A stretch of 64,000 bases of DNA from a virus, in IMG/VR virus record IMGVR_UViG_3300038705_000018, positions 1-64,000 of that record; one strand, written 5' to 3'. Position 1 is the first letter of the stretch. Every line of letters begins with the position of its first letter. The position numbers and the translations under genes are program-made. Below are positions 29,192-38,952 of this stretch, piece by piece. The notes under the pieces were generated by a model. It saw nothing but the letters and a program-made list of their open reading frames with translations, was not told the DNA's origin and did no database searches.

Positions 29192-30466
29192 TTAATAGAT
29201 TGACTTAACAGCCTTAGCTTTGTTATTAGTTACAACAACTGTATTTACAAAGTAACGATCACCATCCATTTGGTGGTCATTCTCTTTATTTGGTTTATCT
29301 TCACCACGAGCTGTAGCTTTTTCATCCCAAGTATAAGAAGCGTATTCACGGAATGTTTCTTTACAGCAGTCGTTGTATTTTATCTTATCTTCATTAAGAA
29401 GTCGCGCTACATTTCGTATGCCATCTATAACTTCATTCTTAGCTTTAAGCACTTTGAATCGATTCTTTTTCAATAAAGCAATAAATGAAGCTGCTGATGG
29501 GTCAACTATAATCCCACGAATAGAAATATCTCCGATGAATTCTTTTAGGTCGTCAAGATACTCATCATCTGTCTTTTGCCGTGAATTTTTACGACCATCA
29601 TAATGGTACTCTTTTGTTTTGTACCATATACCTTTACACAATCCCCATAGTCCATATGTCATAGGGTTCTGTGTACCATAGTCACAAGATACATAATACT
29701 TCTCGTATTCTCTTTCTACTGTTTTTACAACATGCTTTTCTTTGTTAAACATGTCATATACAATACCTTCTGCAAGCACCCATAAACCTAAAATGAAGCG
29801 TTGAAAGAAGACTCCACTATACATACGATAGTATCTTTGCTTCACTTTTTCAGATAAAGAAAGATTATCGTCCATTGTAAAATGAATATGTAGCAGGTTC
29901 TTGTCTTCCTTATTATCTATCCATTCAAGTTTGAACCAATGATACGGGCCGGCAGGGTTACAGTTAAACCAATACTTTGAGCCTTCAATAGAACAACGTC
30001 CTGTCGCTTGGTTCACAAAGCTTTGCGGCATAAGAGCAACTTCATCAAAAAACATACCAGCTAATGTAATACCTTGGATAAGTTCTTGTGATGATTCGTC
30101 CTTACCACCAAATATATAGAAATGATTCGTATGGCCATCTTTACTAATGGTAAGCATGTTCTCTGATAGATGGTCTTTCACTTTATATTTACGTGATTTT
30201 AACATCTTCTTTAATGGAGTAATTACGTTGCGTCGCAGTGATCCAATTGTTTTACCTGCCATACCTAAGTTTTCACCATTAAATGTTGCAGTTCCCCACA
30301 TAACATAAGAAAGAGCCATCGAAACAGTTTTGCCAGCACGAATAGAACCATCGCATATAATACCGTCATGGTCCTTCACAAGTGAATCTTTTCTCCACCA
30401 AGTGAGTACTTTTAATTGTTTCTTTGAGAATGGTCTAAATTTAAAAGGGGCAGGTTTAAGTCTCAT
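29192..30466 (-). CDS. terL: Terminase large subunit (PBSX-type)
   Basis: Walker A-like DGSIRAGKTVS, Walker B FFDEVA, and a C-terminal nuclease-like region. Confidence 0.9.
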   Translation of the reverse strand: MRLKPAPFKFRPFSKKQLKVLTWWRKDSLVKDHDGIICDGSIRAGKTVSMALSYVMWGTATFNGENLGMAGKTIGSLRRNVITPLKKMLKSRKYKVKDHLSENMLTISKDGHTNHFYIFGGKDESSQELIQGITLAGMFFDEVALMPQSFVNQATGRCSIEGSKYWFNCNPAGPYHWFKLEWIDNKEDKNLLHIHFTMDDNLSLSEKVKQRYYRMYSGVFFQRFILGLWVLAEGIVYDMFNKEKHVVKTVEREYEKYYVSCDYGTQNPMTYGLWGLCKGIWYKTKEYHYDGRKNSRQKTDDEYLDDLKEFIGDISIRGIIVDPSAASFIALLKKNRFKVLKAKNEVIDGIRNVARLLNEDKIKYNDCCKETFREYASYTWDEKATARGEDKPNKENDHQMDGDRYFVNTVVVTNNKAKAVKSIY

Positions 30467-31367
30467 CTTCCCACACCTCTGCTGTTTTACCTTCTAACGC
30501 ATCGATGAATCCGTCATCTTCATACTCTTCACCTTCATCACCTTTAATACGAGAAGTATCTGCTTTAATTTTATCAATTTGAGCTTTCTGCACTTCCATC
30601 TGCATTTTGTGGCGTTCTTCTTCGATTTTACGTTTGAAATTGTCAGGTACTAAGTCAAAGTACTGAGATAGTTTGTCCAGTGCTTTCATCTTGTCAGCAA
30701 GTTTTACTGACACGCCATCTTTTCCGAGTTTTACTTCGGTTATTATAGAACCATCAACCATGTCAGCCTCGTGTAAATCTACATAATTTATGATACGAGT
30801 TATTTCTTTACCGGATTCATCTTTCATCGGTCCAAACCTCCCCATTACAGGTACTTCCTTCTGTCCAAAGGTTACATAGTTAGTAATATCAGCAAAAGCA
30901 ATCTTAATGTACTCTTTAAGTACATCCATAGCTTCTACAAATACATTCTCGACTAACTCACCTTTAAGCTCCTTTATATAGGAAGAAACTCGTTCACGTC
31001 TTAGCAATCGACTAGCCTGTACATGAGCACCGTCTTTGGAGTATCCAGCCTTCAGTGCAGCTTGTGTACCATTGAAGTATTTCACATAATACAAACAAAA
31101 GAGCCTTTCTTTTTCGGATAGCTCCTCATCGTCTAATATTTCTTTCAATTTTTTCTTCGTTTTGGGATTTTCTACTTTGGTAATTACCTTTTTGCCAGCG
31201 GTAATATTACCGGTAATATTTTCATCCCATTTATCAATCGTTTTCCACTTTCTGATTAAAGAAACGCTTTTTCCTAAATCAGCAGCTATGTCTTCGATAG
31301 GAATTTCACCTTTCGAATTCTTGTACATCTCAAATGCTTTATCTCGTTCTGGGCTTCGTCTACTCAT
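30456..31367 (-). CDS. terS: Terminase small subunit
   Basis: N-terminal HTH (IAADLGKSVSLIRKWK) plus LFCLYYVKYFNGTQAALKAGYS (Terminase_2-type). Confidence 0.8.
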   Translation of the reverse strand: MSRRSPERDKAFEMYKNSKGEIPIEDIAADLGKSVSLIRKWKTIDKWDENITGNITAGKKVITKVENPKTKKKLKEILDDEELSEKERLFCLYYVKYFNGTQAALKAGYSKDGAHVQASRLLRRERVSSYIKELKGELVENVFVEAMDVLKEYIKIAFADITNYVTFGQKEVPVMGRFGPMKDESGKEITRIINYVDLHEADMVDGSIITEVKLGKDGVSVKLADKMKALDKLSQYFDLVPDNFKRKIEEERHKMQMEVQKAQIDKIKADTSRIKGDEGEEYEDDGFIDALEGKTAEVWEDET

Positions 31368-31438
31368 GTCACATCACCTTCTCATCTCCACTCTTGTATA
31401 CAAATTAAAAAAGACCACCTTATATGAAGTGATCTTTT

Positions 31439-32125
31439 TTAATCTATATACTTTTCACTACTAATTCGTTGATACTCTAATATATTATCTAATCGGTTTT
31501 GTTCAAAGAAAGGTTGGCTTCTAAACCAATCATTTAAATCTTGATTATTTTTCGTTCTGTTGCATCTTGAACACGCTGGAATGATATTATCGATACTATA
31601 TGTTCCACCTTTATCTACAGAAATGATGTGTTCCTTTTCTAAGCTATCCGCAACATCTCCACAGTATGCACAACAACTTTCGTTATCTTCATTTCTAAAG
31701 TAATTTTTACATTCTTCCCACTCTTCATTTGAAATAGAATCACCTAGATGAAGGTTCACTCGTCTTTCTATCTTGTTTATTTTCCTGCCTAAGCCCTGAT
31801 TTTCCATCAATTTAACTAACAAATCGCAAGCTTTGAGTTTACTCTCGATGGATACGTCATCAGATTTTATTGCTGTTGTCACTACATTAAGAACTTGCAG
31901 GTAAAGTGTCTTTTTATTATCTTCTTTGTTATCATTTTCAGATTCTTTACCATCGACGCTTAAATTTTCTTCTTGTGCATTCCACTTATAGTAATACTTC
32001 CATTTTCTAACCTGAGACTCAGAGACGCCTATTTCTTTAGCTATATCTTTTAATAATATTTTACCGTTTTCTCTTTTCCATATTTCATAAGCAGTATAGC
32101 TTTTTTCGCTTCTGGCTCTAGCCAT
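31439..32125 (-). CDS. HNH endonuclease with N-terminal terminase-like HTH
   Basis: CAYCGD...EKEHIISVDKGGTYSIDNIIPACSRCNRTKNN. Start moved to MARARSEK, which has a GAGGAGGG RBS. Confidence 0.8.
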   Translation of the reverse strand: MARARSEKSYTAYEIWKRENGKILLKDIAKEIGVSESQVRKWKYYYKWNAQEENLSVDGKESENDNKEDNKKTLYLQVLNVVTTAIKSDDVSIESKLKACDLLVKLMENQGLGRKINKIERRVNLHLGDSISNEEWEECKNYFRNEDNESCCAYCGDVADSLEKEHIISVDKGGTYSIDNIIPACSRCNRTKNNQDLNDWFRSQPFFEQNRLDNILEYQRISSEKYID

Positions 32126-32126
32126 A

Positions 32127-32711
32127 TTAACCCTCCTCAGTATTTGAAACTGATTGTTTAGAATCATGTTCTTTTATATACCTATAAAGGGTTGCGCGAG
32201 CTACATCAAACATTTCGCATACTTCTACTTTTGTTTTACCAGTAGCAAGCATTTCCATCATGCCTTGTATTTGTTGAGGAGTATGAGCTTTCTTTCTACC
32301 ACCTTCTCTTCCTCTTGCCTTAGCGGCAGCTACACCGCTAATAACACGCTCATTAATTACTTCACGTTCCATTTCAGCCATAGCGCCAAATATATGAAAT
32401 AGGAATCTTCCCATTGTTGTAGATGTATTAATTCCATCTTTAATAGAAACAAAGTGAATTCCCTTTTCATTAAACTCTTGTAGTAAATTAACAAGCTGAT
32501 GCATTGTTCTTCCTAAACGATCAAGTTTATAAACAACTAAAGTATCGTCCTTTCGAAGTTTACTAAGAAGCAGATGAAGTTCTTTTCTATCCTTCTTCGC
32601 ACCACTTTCTTTTTCAGTTATGATTTCCTCACAACCATATCGTTTCAACTCATCTAATTGCATATCCAAACTTTGCTTTTTGGTCGATACCCTCGCATAA
32701 CCAAATATCAT
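32127..32711 (-). CDS. Small serine recombinase (resolvase/invertase family)
   Basis: MIFGYARVSTKKQSLDMQ...VVYKLDRLGR...FGAMAEMERE plus a C-terminal HTH. 194 aa. Confidence 0.92.
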   Translation of the reverse strand: MIFGYARVSTKKQSLDMQLDELKRYGCEEIITEKESGAKKDRKELHLLLSKLRKDDTLVVYKLDRLGRTMHQLVNLLQEFNEKGIHFVSIKDGINTSTTMGRFLFHIFGAMAEMEREVINERVISGVAAAKARGREGGRKKAHTPQQIQGMMEMLATGKTKVEVCEMFDVARATLYRYIKEHDSKQSVSNTEEG

Positions 32712-32724
32712 TCCCCATCACCCT

Positions 32725-32860
32725 TTATGTTTGATAGGTTAATTGTATCAATTTCCTGTCTCAAATTCAATTGTTTTTGATACATAGTTTTGATACATAA
32801 TAATCGTTGATAATCGGTTGATGGTGACTACGTATCATAATCAAATGTTTTTGAGACATT
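32725..32860. promoter_or_regulatory. res-like cluster of recombinase-site repeats
   Basis: TTGTATCAA (32743) is inverted relative to the tandem TTTTGATACATA copies (32775 and 32788). Further GTTGAT and TATCA motifs follow. Directly upstream of the recombinase start. Confidence 0.45.
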
Positions 32861-33153
32861 GAACTTACTACGAACGATGCTTTAATCCAGCTAAAGTTGC
32901 TTTGATAAACACCTTTTCTTCATCACCGACTTGAGTTAATAACTTATCGACTATATATCTATCTGTGTTATGCAATACCGCTCACATAAGCCGTAGCGTC
33001 TTTGCTTTCACCATTCATTTGCATAGAAAACGTAACGTTAGGTTTCATCCCCTCACCCCTTATCTTTCCTTAACAACAAACAAGACGCCACCCAGATCAC
33101 GGCAGCGCCTACAATAATTGCTATACACTTAATCAAAATCATTTATCCTCACA

Positions 33154-33345
33154 TTATTTATTTCTTTGCTTCCATACCCCATTCTCTTTACGATAAGTAT
33201 TCTTGCCATCCATGAATTCAGCTGTATTACCAGGAATGCTATATTTCTTATTCTTTTTCTTAGCCTTCTTCTTCAATCTCTTCTCTTCTTGAACAGCTTG
33301 CAAATCCGCCTTCCATTGTTTCAACAAATCCTTTTCACGTCGCAT
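33154..33345 (-). CDS. Small basic hypothetical protein
   Basis: 63-aa Lys-rich ORF. No family recognised. Confidence 0.4.
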   Translation of the reverse strand: MRREKDLLKQWKADLQAVQEEKRLKKKAKKKNKKYSIPGNTAEFMDGKNTYRKENGVWKQRNK

Positions 33346-33527
33346 CGAATTTGTACCCCTCGGATTAAAATGTAAACCAAATAATTAGATTCTACCTATT
33401 TATATAGAATCCTTTAATCCAAATGTCCATTTTTTCAGACTCTCGTTTAGCATGTACCAATTTCTGTTTTTTCTTCTATATAGACCAACGATGTATTATA
33501 ATTCTTTATATACCCAAGGAGGTTTCC

Positions 33528-33626
33528 ATGCTTAAATTTCATAAAACATTCCCCATCTTAGGATTCTTTTGGTTTTTATACGGTTTCATCGGTCTCGTCT
33601 TTTTATTACTATTCCTTAACGTTTAG
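33528..33626 (+). CDS. 32-aa hydrophobic peptide (MLKFHKTFPILGFFWFLYGFIGLVFLLLFLNV)
   Basis: AAGGAGG 6 nt upstream of the ATG. Single TM segment. Encoded on the opposite strand to the surrounding phage genes. Confidence 0.45.
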   Translation: MLKFHKTFPILGFFWFLYGFIGLVFLLLFLNV

Positions 33627-33703
33627 TAACCATGCATGTAAACATATGTTTAATGTGTAATTTCTATATAACAAAGAAAAAAGTACCCGTTATGGATGCT
33701 TGA

Positions 33704-34057
33704 TTAGCCTAAAAAGACAGTTGTTGCAGTTTTTATAGCGAGTGCCTTCATTATTTCAAACGGGATATTCCCACCTTTTTCTGCAATAGTTTGTTTTAAT
33801 TTTTTCCATACTGTATCATTTTTTATTGCATCTAAGAACTCATGTCCATCCCATGTTAATGTACTATGAATCCACATAGGAGCGTTATCAGCATAGAATA
33901 TTTTATTCTCTGTAAAACCAGCTTGTTCTAATAAATTCAAGTGATAGACTGCTACCTTTCTATCAATTTCAGACGGAATATTCAATTCCTTGCTATTATC
34001 ATCTTGTTCCTCAATAAGTACCAATAGTTTTCTAACTAACTCCATATCTCTTTTCAT
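33704..34057 (-). CDS. DUF2513-like protein
   Basis: MKRDMELVRKLLVLIEEQ... start with a GGGGA RBS. The family is typical of prophage accessory genes. Confidence 0.55.
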   Translation of the reverse strand: MKRDMELVRKLLVLIEEQDDNSKELNIPSEIDRKVAVYHLNLLEQAGFTENKIFYADNAPMWIHSTLTWDGHEFLDAIKNDTVWKKLKQTIAEKGGNIPFEIMKALAIKTATTVFLG

Positions 34058-34118
34058 TTGTAATTCCCCTTTTAAGTTTAATTCTCCATATTTATACATT
34101 GTAGCACTATTTTCCAAT

Positions 34119-34925
34119 AGAGAAAAAATAAAAAGCCATCACCGAAGTGACAGCTTTCAAGGGGATGGGAGAAAAGAGAGAAAACAAATGGCAAGGTCTC
34201 TCTTAGATCAAGGCTGAGTGCTCTCAACCTTCTCCAAGCCACCGCATCATGTAATTTTTTAGCCCTTATTAGCTACACGCCTCACGTTCGGTGGCTAGGA
34301 GAAGACTAAGAATCTTCTCGTTTATACTCCGTAGAGCTGGTCAATATATCGGCTGTCGCATGGCCTTAGCTGATTAAATCGTTTATACAATAATTTATAT
34401 CCAAGACGTATATGTTTCTTCCGACGCCTTGTTTGAACCAATACACTAGAGGTACGGAAGGGGAATGTTTCCGCTGTATTGGCTCAAACAAAGAGTGGAA
34501 CTCTTTGCCCTCGTTTTTGTCATTAATAAGAATCATGGGTAATTACTAATGTACGAGATACGTATACTTTTTAGCTTTTTAGAATGCAAGTGTCACTCAA
34601 TCATGAGCAACCACCCCCATTCCATTTTCAAGAACCGACATAATAAAAGAAACTAGACTTATATTTATTATCAACCCAGAGGACGCATTCCGAGCTGATT
34701 GATAAATACAATAAAAACAGCATGACGAATGCGAATTATCTCACACCCGCCACACTGGAATATGTCATTGTAATACATTCATTGGTCTTTTCGTCTTAAC
34801 GCGGGTTCGTACCGCCTTGCCCGCCCTACTATGCGGTATACGTTACCGTGACATTCTCGCATAAGAACGTTTCACTTGTAGGTGTACTAATCCTCTTCGA
34901 TATGCGGTTGTCAAAGAGCTTGTAC
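34119..34925 (-). ncRNA. Candidate large (about 0.8 kb) structured non-coding RNA
   Basis: Minus-strand promoter TTGATA-17 nt-CTTAAT (34954..34926). No ORF of 60 aa or more on either strand. GC-richer than its flanks. Minus-strand-only terminator GCUGUCAC-UUCG-GUGAUGGC plus a U-run (34154..34119). Confidence 0.4.
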
Positions 34926-35055
34926 ATTAAGAATATCGTTGATTTCATTATCAAAATTCCCCCTATTTAGTCCCCTTTTTTGTCGGTATTTTGTCGACGT
35001 TTTTAAATACAAAAAGAGCAGAATCAATATAATGACTCTACTCTATATGTACTAT

Positions 35056-35535
35056 TTAGTTTGTTTTCTCATATTTATAATTAAGCTTTTCAGCAACTTC
35101 CTTTAAAAAAGCTTCCTTATCTTCAGCTTCTTTAAAATTCTTTTGGAATTTTTCCCAATGATTATTCATATCAAAATCTACTCTTCCAATAGACATTCCA
35201 TTATCAGTAGGTGCTACTAAATATTTCTCAGGTCCAGATGACAGGTGCAAAGGATTACTTTTACCAAATTGCTCTTTTAAAGATAATGATACAACTGCAT
35301 ACTTTCCGCCTTTATATTCAGTTTCCTCAACTTTATATAAAGCATATTCATTAGCACGATCTCTCTTTCCGTGCATTTTCCATTCATTATCTTCTGTTAT
35401 TTCTATAAATGTATATCCATCACTTTCCTTGTACTTGTCTCCCTTTTTAAAAGCTACCGAAGAGCCTCCACACCCTGTAAGTAAAATCAATATACTTACA
35501 AATAAAACTGATAATAATTTCGTTTTCTTAAACAT
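35056..35535 (-). CDS. Lipoprotein
   Basis: Lipobox LLTGC after a signal peptide (MFKKTKLLSVLFVSILILLTGCGG). Confidence 0.75.
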   Translation of the reverse strand: MFKKTKLLSVLFVSILILLTGCGGSSVAFKKGDKYKESDGYTFIEITEDNEWKMHGKRDRANEYALYKVEETEYKGGKYAVVSLSLKEQFGKSNPLHLSSGPEKYLVAPTDNGMSIGRVDFDMNNHWEKFQKNFKEAEDKEAFLKEVAEKLNYKYEKTN

Positions 35536-35624
35536 GCTTTAATCTCCCTATTAATATATTAAAAATTAATAACTATAATATATTAACATATAAATATTGC
35601 ATAATACACTATTTTTCTATATCT

Positions 35625-36008
35625 TCAAATCATACCCAATGAAGTTGCGATTAATCGAATAGCATTTTTCTTCTTATAATAGAAATGATCTTTCTTCATT
35701 GATAATTCAGTGTAGATAAAACTATCCTTTAACTTCCCACCATTCAAATACTTCATCTTAATAATCTCTGCCTCATCATAATCTAAAACGTGTTGTAAAG
35801 CCTTATCGATTTGCTTGAATTTTACATTACTGACATGTCTTGTATTACTTATCTCAGGAAACAGACTAATTCCCTCTTGTTGTTGCTCCATTTCATTCTC
35901 AAAACGTGCTTTTAAGGCGCGATACTCTTTTAGAATGCTCACAACTTCCTTTTGCATCTTCTTTTCCATTTCTTTGTCCATTACTGGTAAGAAAGCTAAT
36001 TGTTCCAT
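35625..36008 (-). CDS. ArpU-family late-gene transcriptional regulator (putative)
   Basis: 127 aa. Position upstream of the packaging genes and a sigma-region-4-like C-terminus. Confidence 0.5.
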   Translation of the reverse strand: MEQLAFLPVMDKEMEKKMQKEVVSILKEYRALKARFENEMEQQQEGISLFPEISNTRHVSNVKFKQIDKALQHVLDYDEAEIIKMKYLNGGKLKDSFIYTELSMKKDHFYYKKKNAIRLIATSLGMI

Positions 36009-36146
36009 GAAGGAATCCCCCTATTTCTGAATTTGTCTTTTTACATTCACATCAGGTACGTGAAATTTTACTATCTCTTTGTTGAATAAGGGAAATATGC
36101 ATAGCGAATAGTCCCCACCATCCACCTTGCAAGGTTCCGTTATCCA

Positions 36147-36776
36147 TTAAACCCTTAATAATTTACATTTCTTGTTGACCATCTTCTCTTTTGCTGCTTC
36201 AATATTATTCGCTACCTTTTGATAGTCCTGATCAAACTGAATCATTCCATCAAATATAACTGGCGCTACTACTTCATCAATATATTGTAAGTAATCAACT
36301 GGCGCTCGTTCTGTCTGTTCTACTAAGTATCCATAAATATCGAAGTCTGCTCTTGGTATAGACTTCTTGCCCTTCGGTTGATGAGACATCCTTACATAAG
36401 ATTGAATAACTGATAGTGGTACAACGAATACTGACTTATCCTTACTGAATTCTATAAGAAAGAAGCATATCGCTCCCATCTTCTCCGCTTTCTCCAGGTA
36501 ATCCAATTGATGCTGCGCAATGTTCTTTAAATCAAAACGTGTATCTTTCTCTGTAGACTTCGCTTCAAATGCGATAGCTCGTCCCTTATACACACCGTCA
36601 TAGTCAACTGTACTTTTAGCTTCATAGAATCCATTTAGTACACGGCCACCTTTACTTTTCAACACCTTAACAGGAGTCGGACGCTTGTTTATAAGCGCCA
36701 CTCCACTTCTTTGATACATTTCATTCGCTAGATTGATGAGCATTTCAAATGCCATCCCACGGTTTCCTAGTCCCAT
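36147..36776 (-). CDS. recU: Holliday junction resolvase RecU
   Basis: GMAFEMLIN...INKRPTPVKV...DYDGVYKGRAIAFEAKST...QLDYL is typical of RecU. Confidence 0.85.
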   Translation of the reverse strand: MGLGNRGMAFEMLINLANEMYQRSGVALINKRPTPVKVLKSKGGRVLNGFYEAKSTVDYDGVYKGRAIAFEAKSTEKDTRFDLKNIAQHQLDYLEKAEKMGAICFFLIEFSKDKSVFVVPLSVIQSYVRMSHQPKGKKSIPRADFDIYGYLVEQTERAPVDYLQYIDEVVAPVIFDGMIQFDQDYQKVANNIEAAKEKMVNKKCKLLRV

Positions 36777-36902
36777 TGTTATTCCTCACTTTCTATTAAA
36801 AGGATTATTTTGTTTAAATTTAGCTTAATTCTCATCAGTAATTATCTAAAAATTGAAAAATCGTTATATAATGAACTTAAATTAAGATTAGGAGTGGTTA
36901 AA

Positions 36903-37067
36903 ATGCCGGATACAATAAGGCTCGTTCTTTTCATCCTTATAGCAATTAGTGCTGTTTTCTCTTTAATAAAAGAGTTTAAAAAACCTGAGAAAAAAGCAAT
37001 TTGGATTACGATTGAATTTTTAGTTCTTTTCTGGGCGATATGGGTAATAGCGAATATCATAATCTAA
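36903..37067 (+). CDS. Small two-TM membrane protein (54 aa)
   Basis: AGGAG RBS and a hydrophobic sequence. Encoded on the opposite strand to the phage genes. Confidence 0.45.
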   Translation: MPDTIRLVLFILIAISAVFSLIKEFKKPEKKAIWITIEFLVLFWAIWVIANIII

Positions 37068-37777
37068 TTTATAAATTATGATTCCCCCGACTAAAACTCA
37101 ATATTCCGTCAATAATATAGATAGGCGATAGCCAAAACCCGTTTAATGAAGTCCCTAGCCTTTCTCCTTGTTCCCCCTTGGAGAACCGAGCAGTTAGCTT
37201 TTGCTAGCTGCTTTGTTGTGTAAAATAAAGCATTTATAAAAAGCTTTCTCAACACCCAAGATATGGAATTCAACTTCCTTTTATGGTAACTTATTGGTAA
37301 TCCCATAAGGATCTATCGTTCCATTAACAGGATCCGTCCCCTAATCGGATCCTGTTAAATATTTTCTATTAAAATAGCGTTTTTATTAAAAACACTCGTA
37401 AACAAATTGCATATACTAAACCGAATACTCTCTACAGTACATTCACCTTTAGGGCGCCTTTCTCCCAAGGCGCTCTATTCATTTATTGTTGGTTTCGAAA
37501 AGTACTTTTCACCTTTTAACTGGACAAGCATATGTTATTGTACGGAGACTCCCACTCATAGGAATCTACCTTTCTTGTCCAAGAGCACATATATTGTGCT
37601 CTTTTTTATGGATATATAAGGATTTTTTTAAAATTTTTTTAACCTTATTAATTCTTTTACATACAGTATTATCACAAGGAATTCAATAAGTGCTCCGGTC
37701 TAGTTACCTTGAATTTCTTGCAAACCTTGTAGGAAGAATCCGTTTATAACAAACGGATTCCTTTATTTATCCATCAT

Positions 37778-37921
37778 AAAATAACTATTTTGTTCAATTC
37801 ATTGATACATTTACGAAACATTCATGTGTTATCTTCAGTAAGTTCTTTTCTTTTCCTAAATTGTGTGAATTATACCCACACAAAAAGCTCTAGATCCCTA
37901 AATCTAGAGCTCCTTCGTTTT
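37778..37921 (+). ncRNA. sRNA-like unit (conserved box plus terminator), homologous to 56885..57005
   Basis: ATAACTATTTTGTTCAATT..GATACATTTACGAAACATTCATGTGTTA, then about 50 nt, then hairpin GCTCTAGAT-CCCTAA-ATCTAGAGC plus a T-rich tail. No ORF. Confidence 0.35.
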
Positions 37922-38211
37922 AATAACTATTTTGTTCAATTTGTTGTATAGACAACTATATATTTAGGTGTTAAAATATTATTGTGACTCCCACATGGTT
38001 CACATACGACTTTTTTCTTCGATTATGGGGTTCTTACGTAATAGTAAGGACCATTTTTTTATTTAGTGCCCATAGCCAGTAAATCCGAAACCATATTTCT
38101 CCTTTCTGATTCCAATAATCCTAACGTTTCTACTGACGCTATGACGCCTACTGGTGCCTCGTTCAATCAAATGAGTTTCTGCCCTTTAAATACGTCATAA
38201 CGCTATGTCTC

Positions 38212-38475
38212 TTAATCTAAATTCATTATCTCTTCTAAGGTTCTATCGGAAATATACGTGGTGATAATCTGTATCTTTCCGTATTTCTTTTTAGCCATTT
38301 CTATCGCTTCGCTCTCGGACTTCGCCTCAAACCAACGAAGCTTCCACTTCTCATCTATATCGTAAAACTCTACTGAGTACGTCATAACGCTATTACGCTT
38401 CAAAAATTTGTCCACGGTACTTGTTGCCGTATAATCAAAACTTCCGACTACATCCTCTAGTGTTAGTTGTTTCAT
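38212..38475 (-). CDS. Hypothetical early phage protein
   Basis: 87-aa ORF with a 4-nt overlap onto the upstream gene. Confidence 0.5.
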   Translation of the reverse strand: MKQLTLEDVVGSFDYTATSTVDKFLKRNSVMTYSVEFYDIDEKWKLRWFEAKSESEAIEMAKKKYGKIQIITTYISDRTLEEIMNLD

Positions 38476-38759
38476 GCTCCTAACCCCATTGGACGCGATT
38501 TGATTTTGTTCTTATCTGCCTGATCCATAATTAATGCGGCGATTTCTAGTTGATGCCTTCCTAACTCTTTTGCTATTTCAAGAATATCTTTATCCTCATC
38601 CCACATTTCTCGTAATTGAATCACTTCAATTTCATCAAACACTAAGTCCAACTCTTCTAGAGCAATATATAAGTTACGACGCGACTTCTTCATGTACTTC
38701 CCCTGCTGCAACGCCATTGTGTAATTCTCCTTTTCCAAATCCGTTCCAAGTCGTGGCAT
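38472..38759 (-). CDS. Hypothetical early phage protein
   Basis: ORF in the early operon. Start is uncertain (internal Met codons available). Confidence 0.45.
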   Translation of the reverse strand: MPRLGTDLEKENYTMALQQGKYMKKSRRNLYIALEELDLVFDEIEVIQLREMWDEDKDILEIAKELGRHQLEIAALIMDQADKNKIKSRPMGLGA

Positions 38760-38937
38760 CCCATTTCCCCTCCAGCTGTAATTGATGAATTTCTCTTAAC
38801 TCCGCCATAACGGCATGACGTCTTCTATCCACTTCTTCAGGACTGCGATTCCCTGCTTCGCAAATACACGGTGCAAATTGATAGCAGCCATTCCCCATAT
38901 CATTGCTAATTACTCCCATTCCTTCACATACACACAT
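38674..38937 (-). CDS. Small Cys-rich hypothetical protein
   Basis: MCVCEGMG...CYQFAPCICEAG. Overlaps the next ORF, so boundaries are uncertain. Confidence 0.4.
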   Translation of the reverse strand: MCVCEGMGVISNDMGNGCYQFAPCICEAGNRSPEEVDRRRHAVMAELREIHQLQLEGKWDATTWNGFGKGELHNGVAAGEVHEEVAS

Positions 38938-38952
38938 CGTTTATTCCCCCTT

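Noticed and set aside
32127-32711. Prophage integrase
   Set aside because: At 194 aa it has only the catalytic domain and an HTH (resolvase/invertase size). It lacks the large C-terminal recombinase and zinc-ribbon domains of serine integrases.
34119-34954. ORF-less group II intron (a ..CAAGGCGGTAC.. stretch resembles domain VI of Ll.LtrB)
   Set aside because: No GUGYG 5' end, no recognisable domain V (AGC triad hairpin), no reverse-transcriptase ORF and no split host gene flanking it. The resemblance is about 10 nt.
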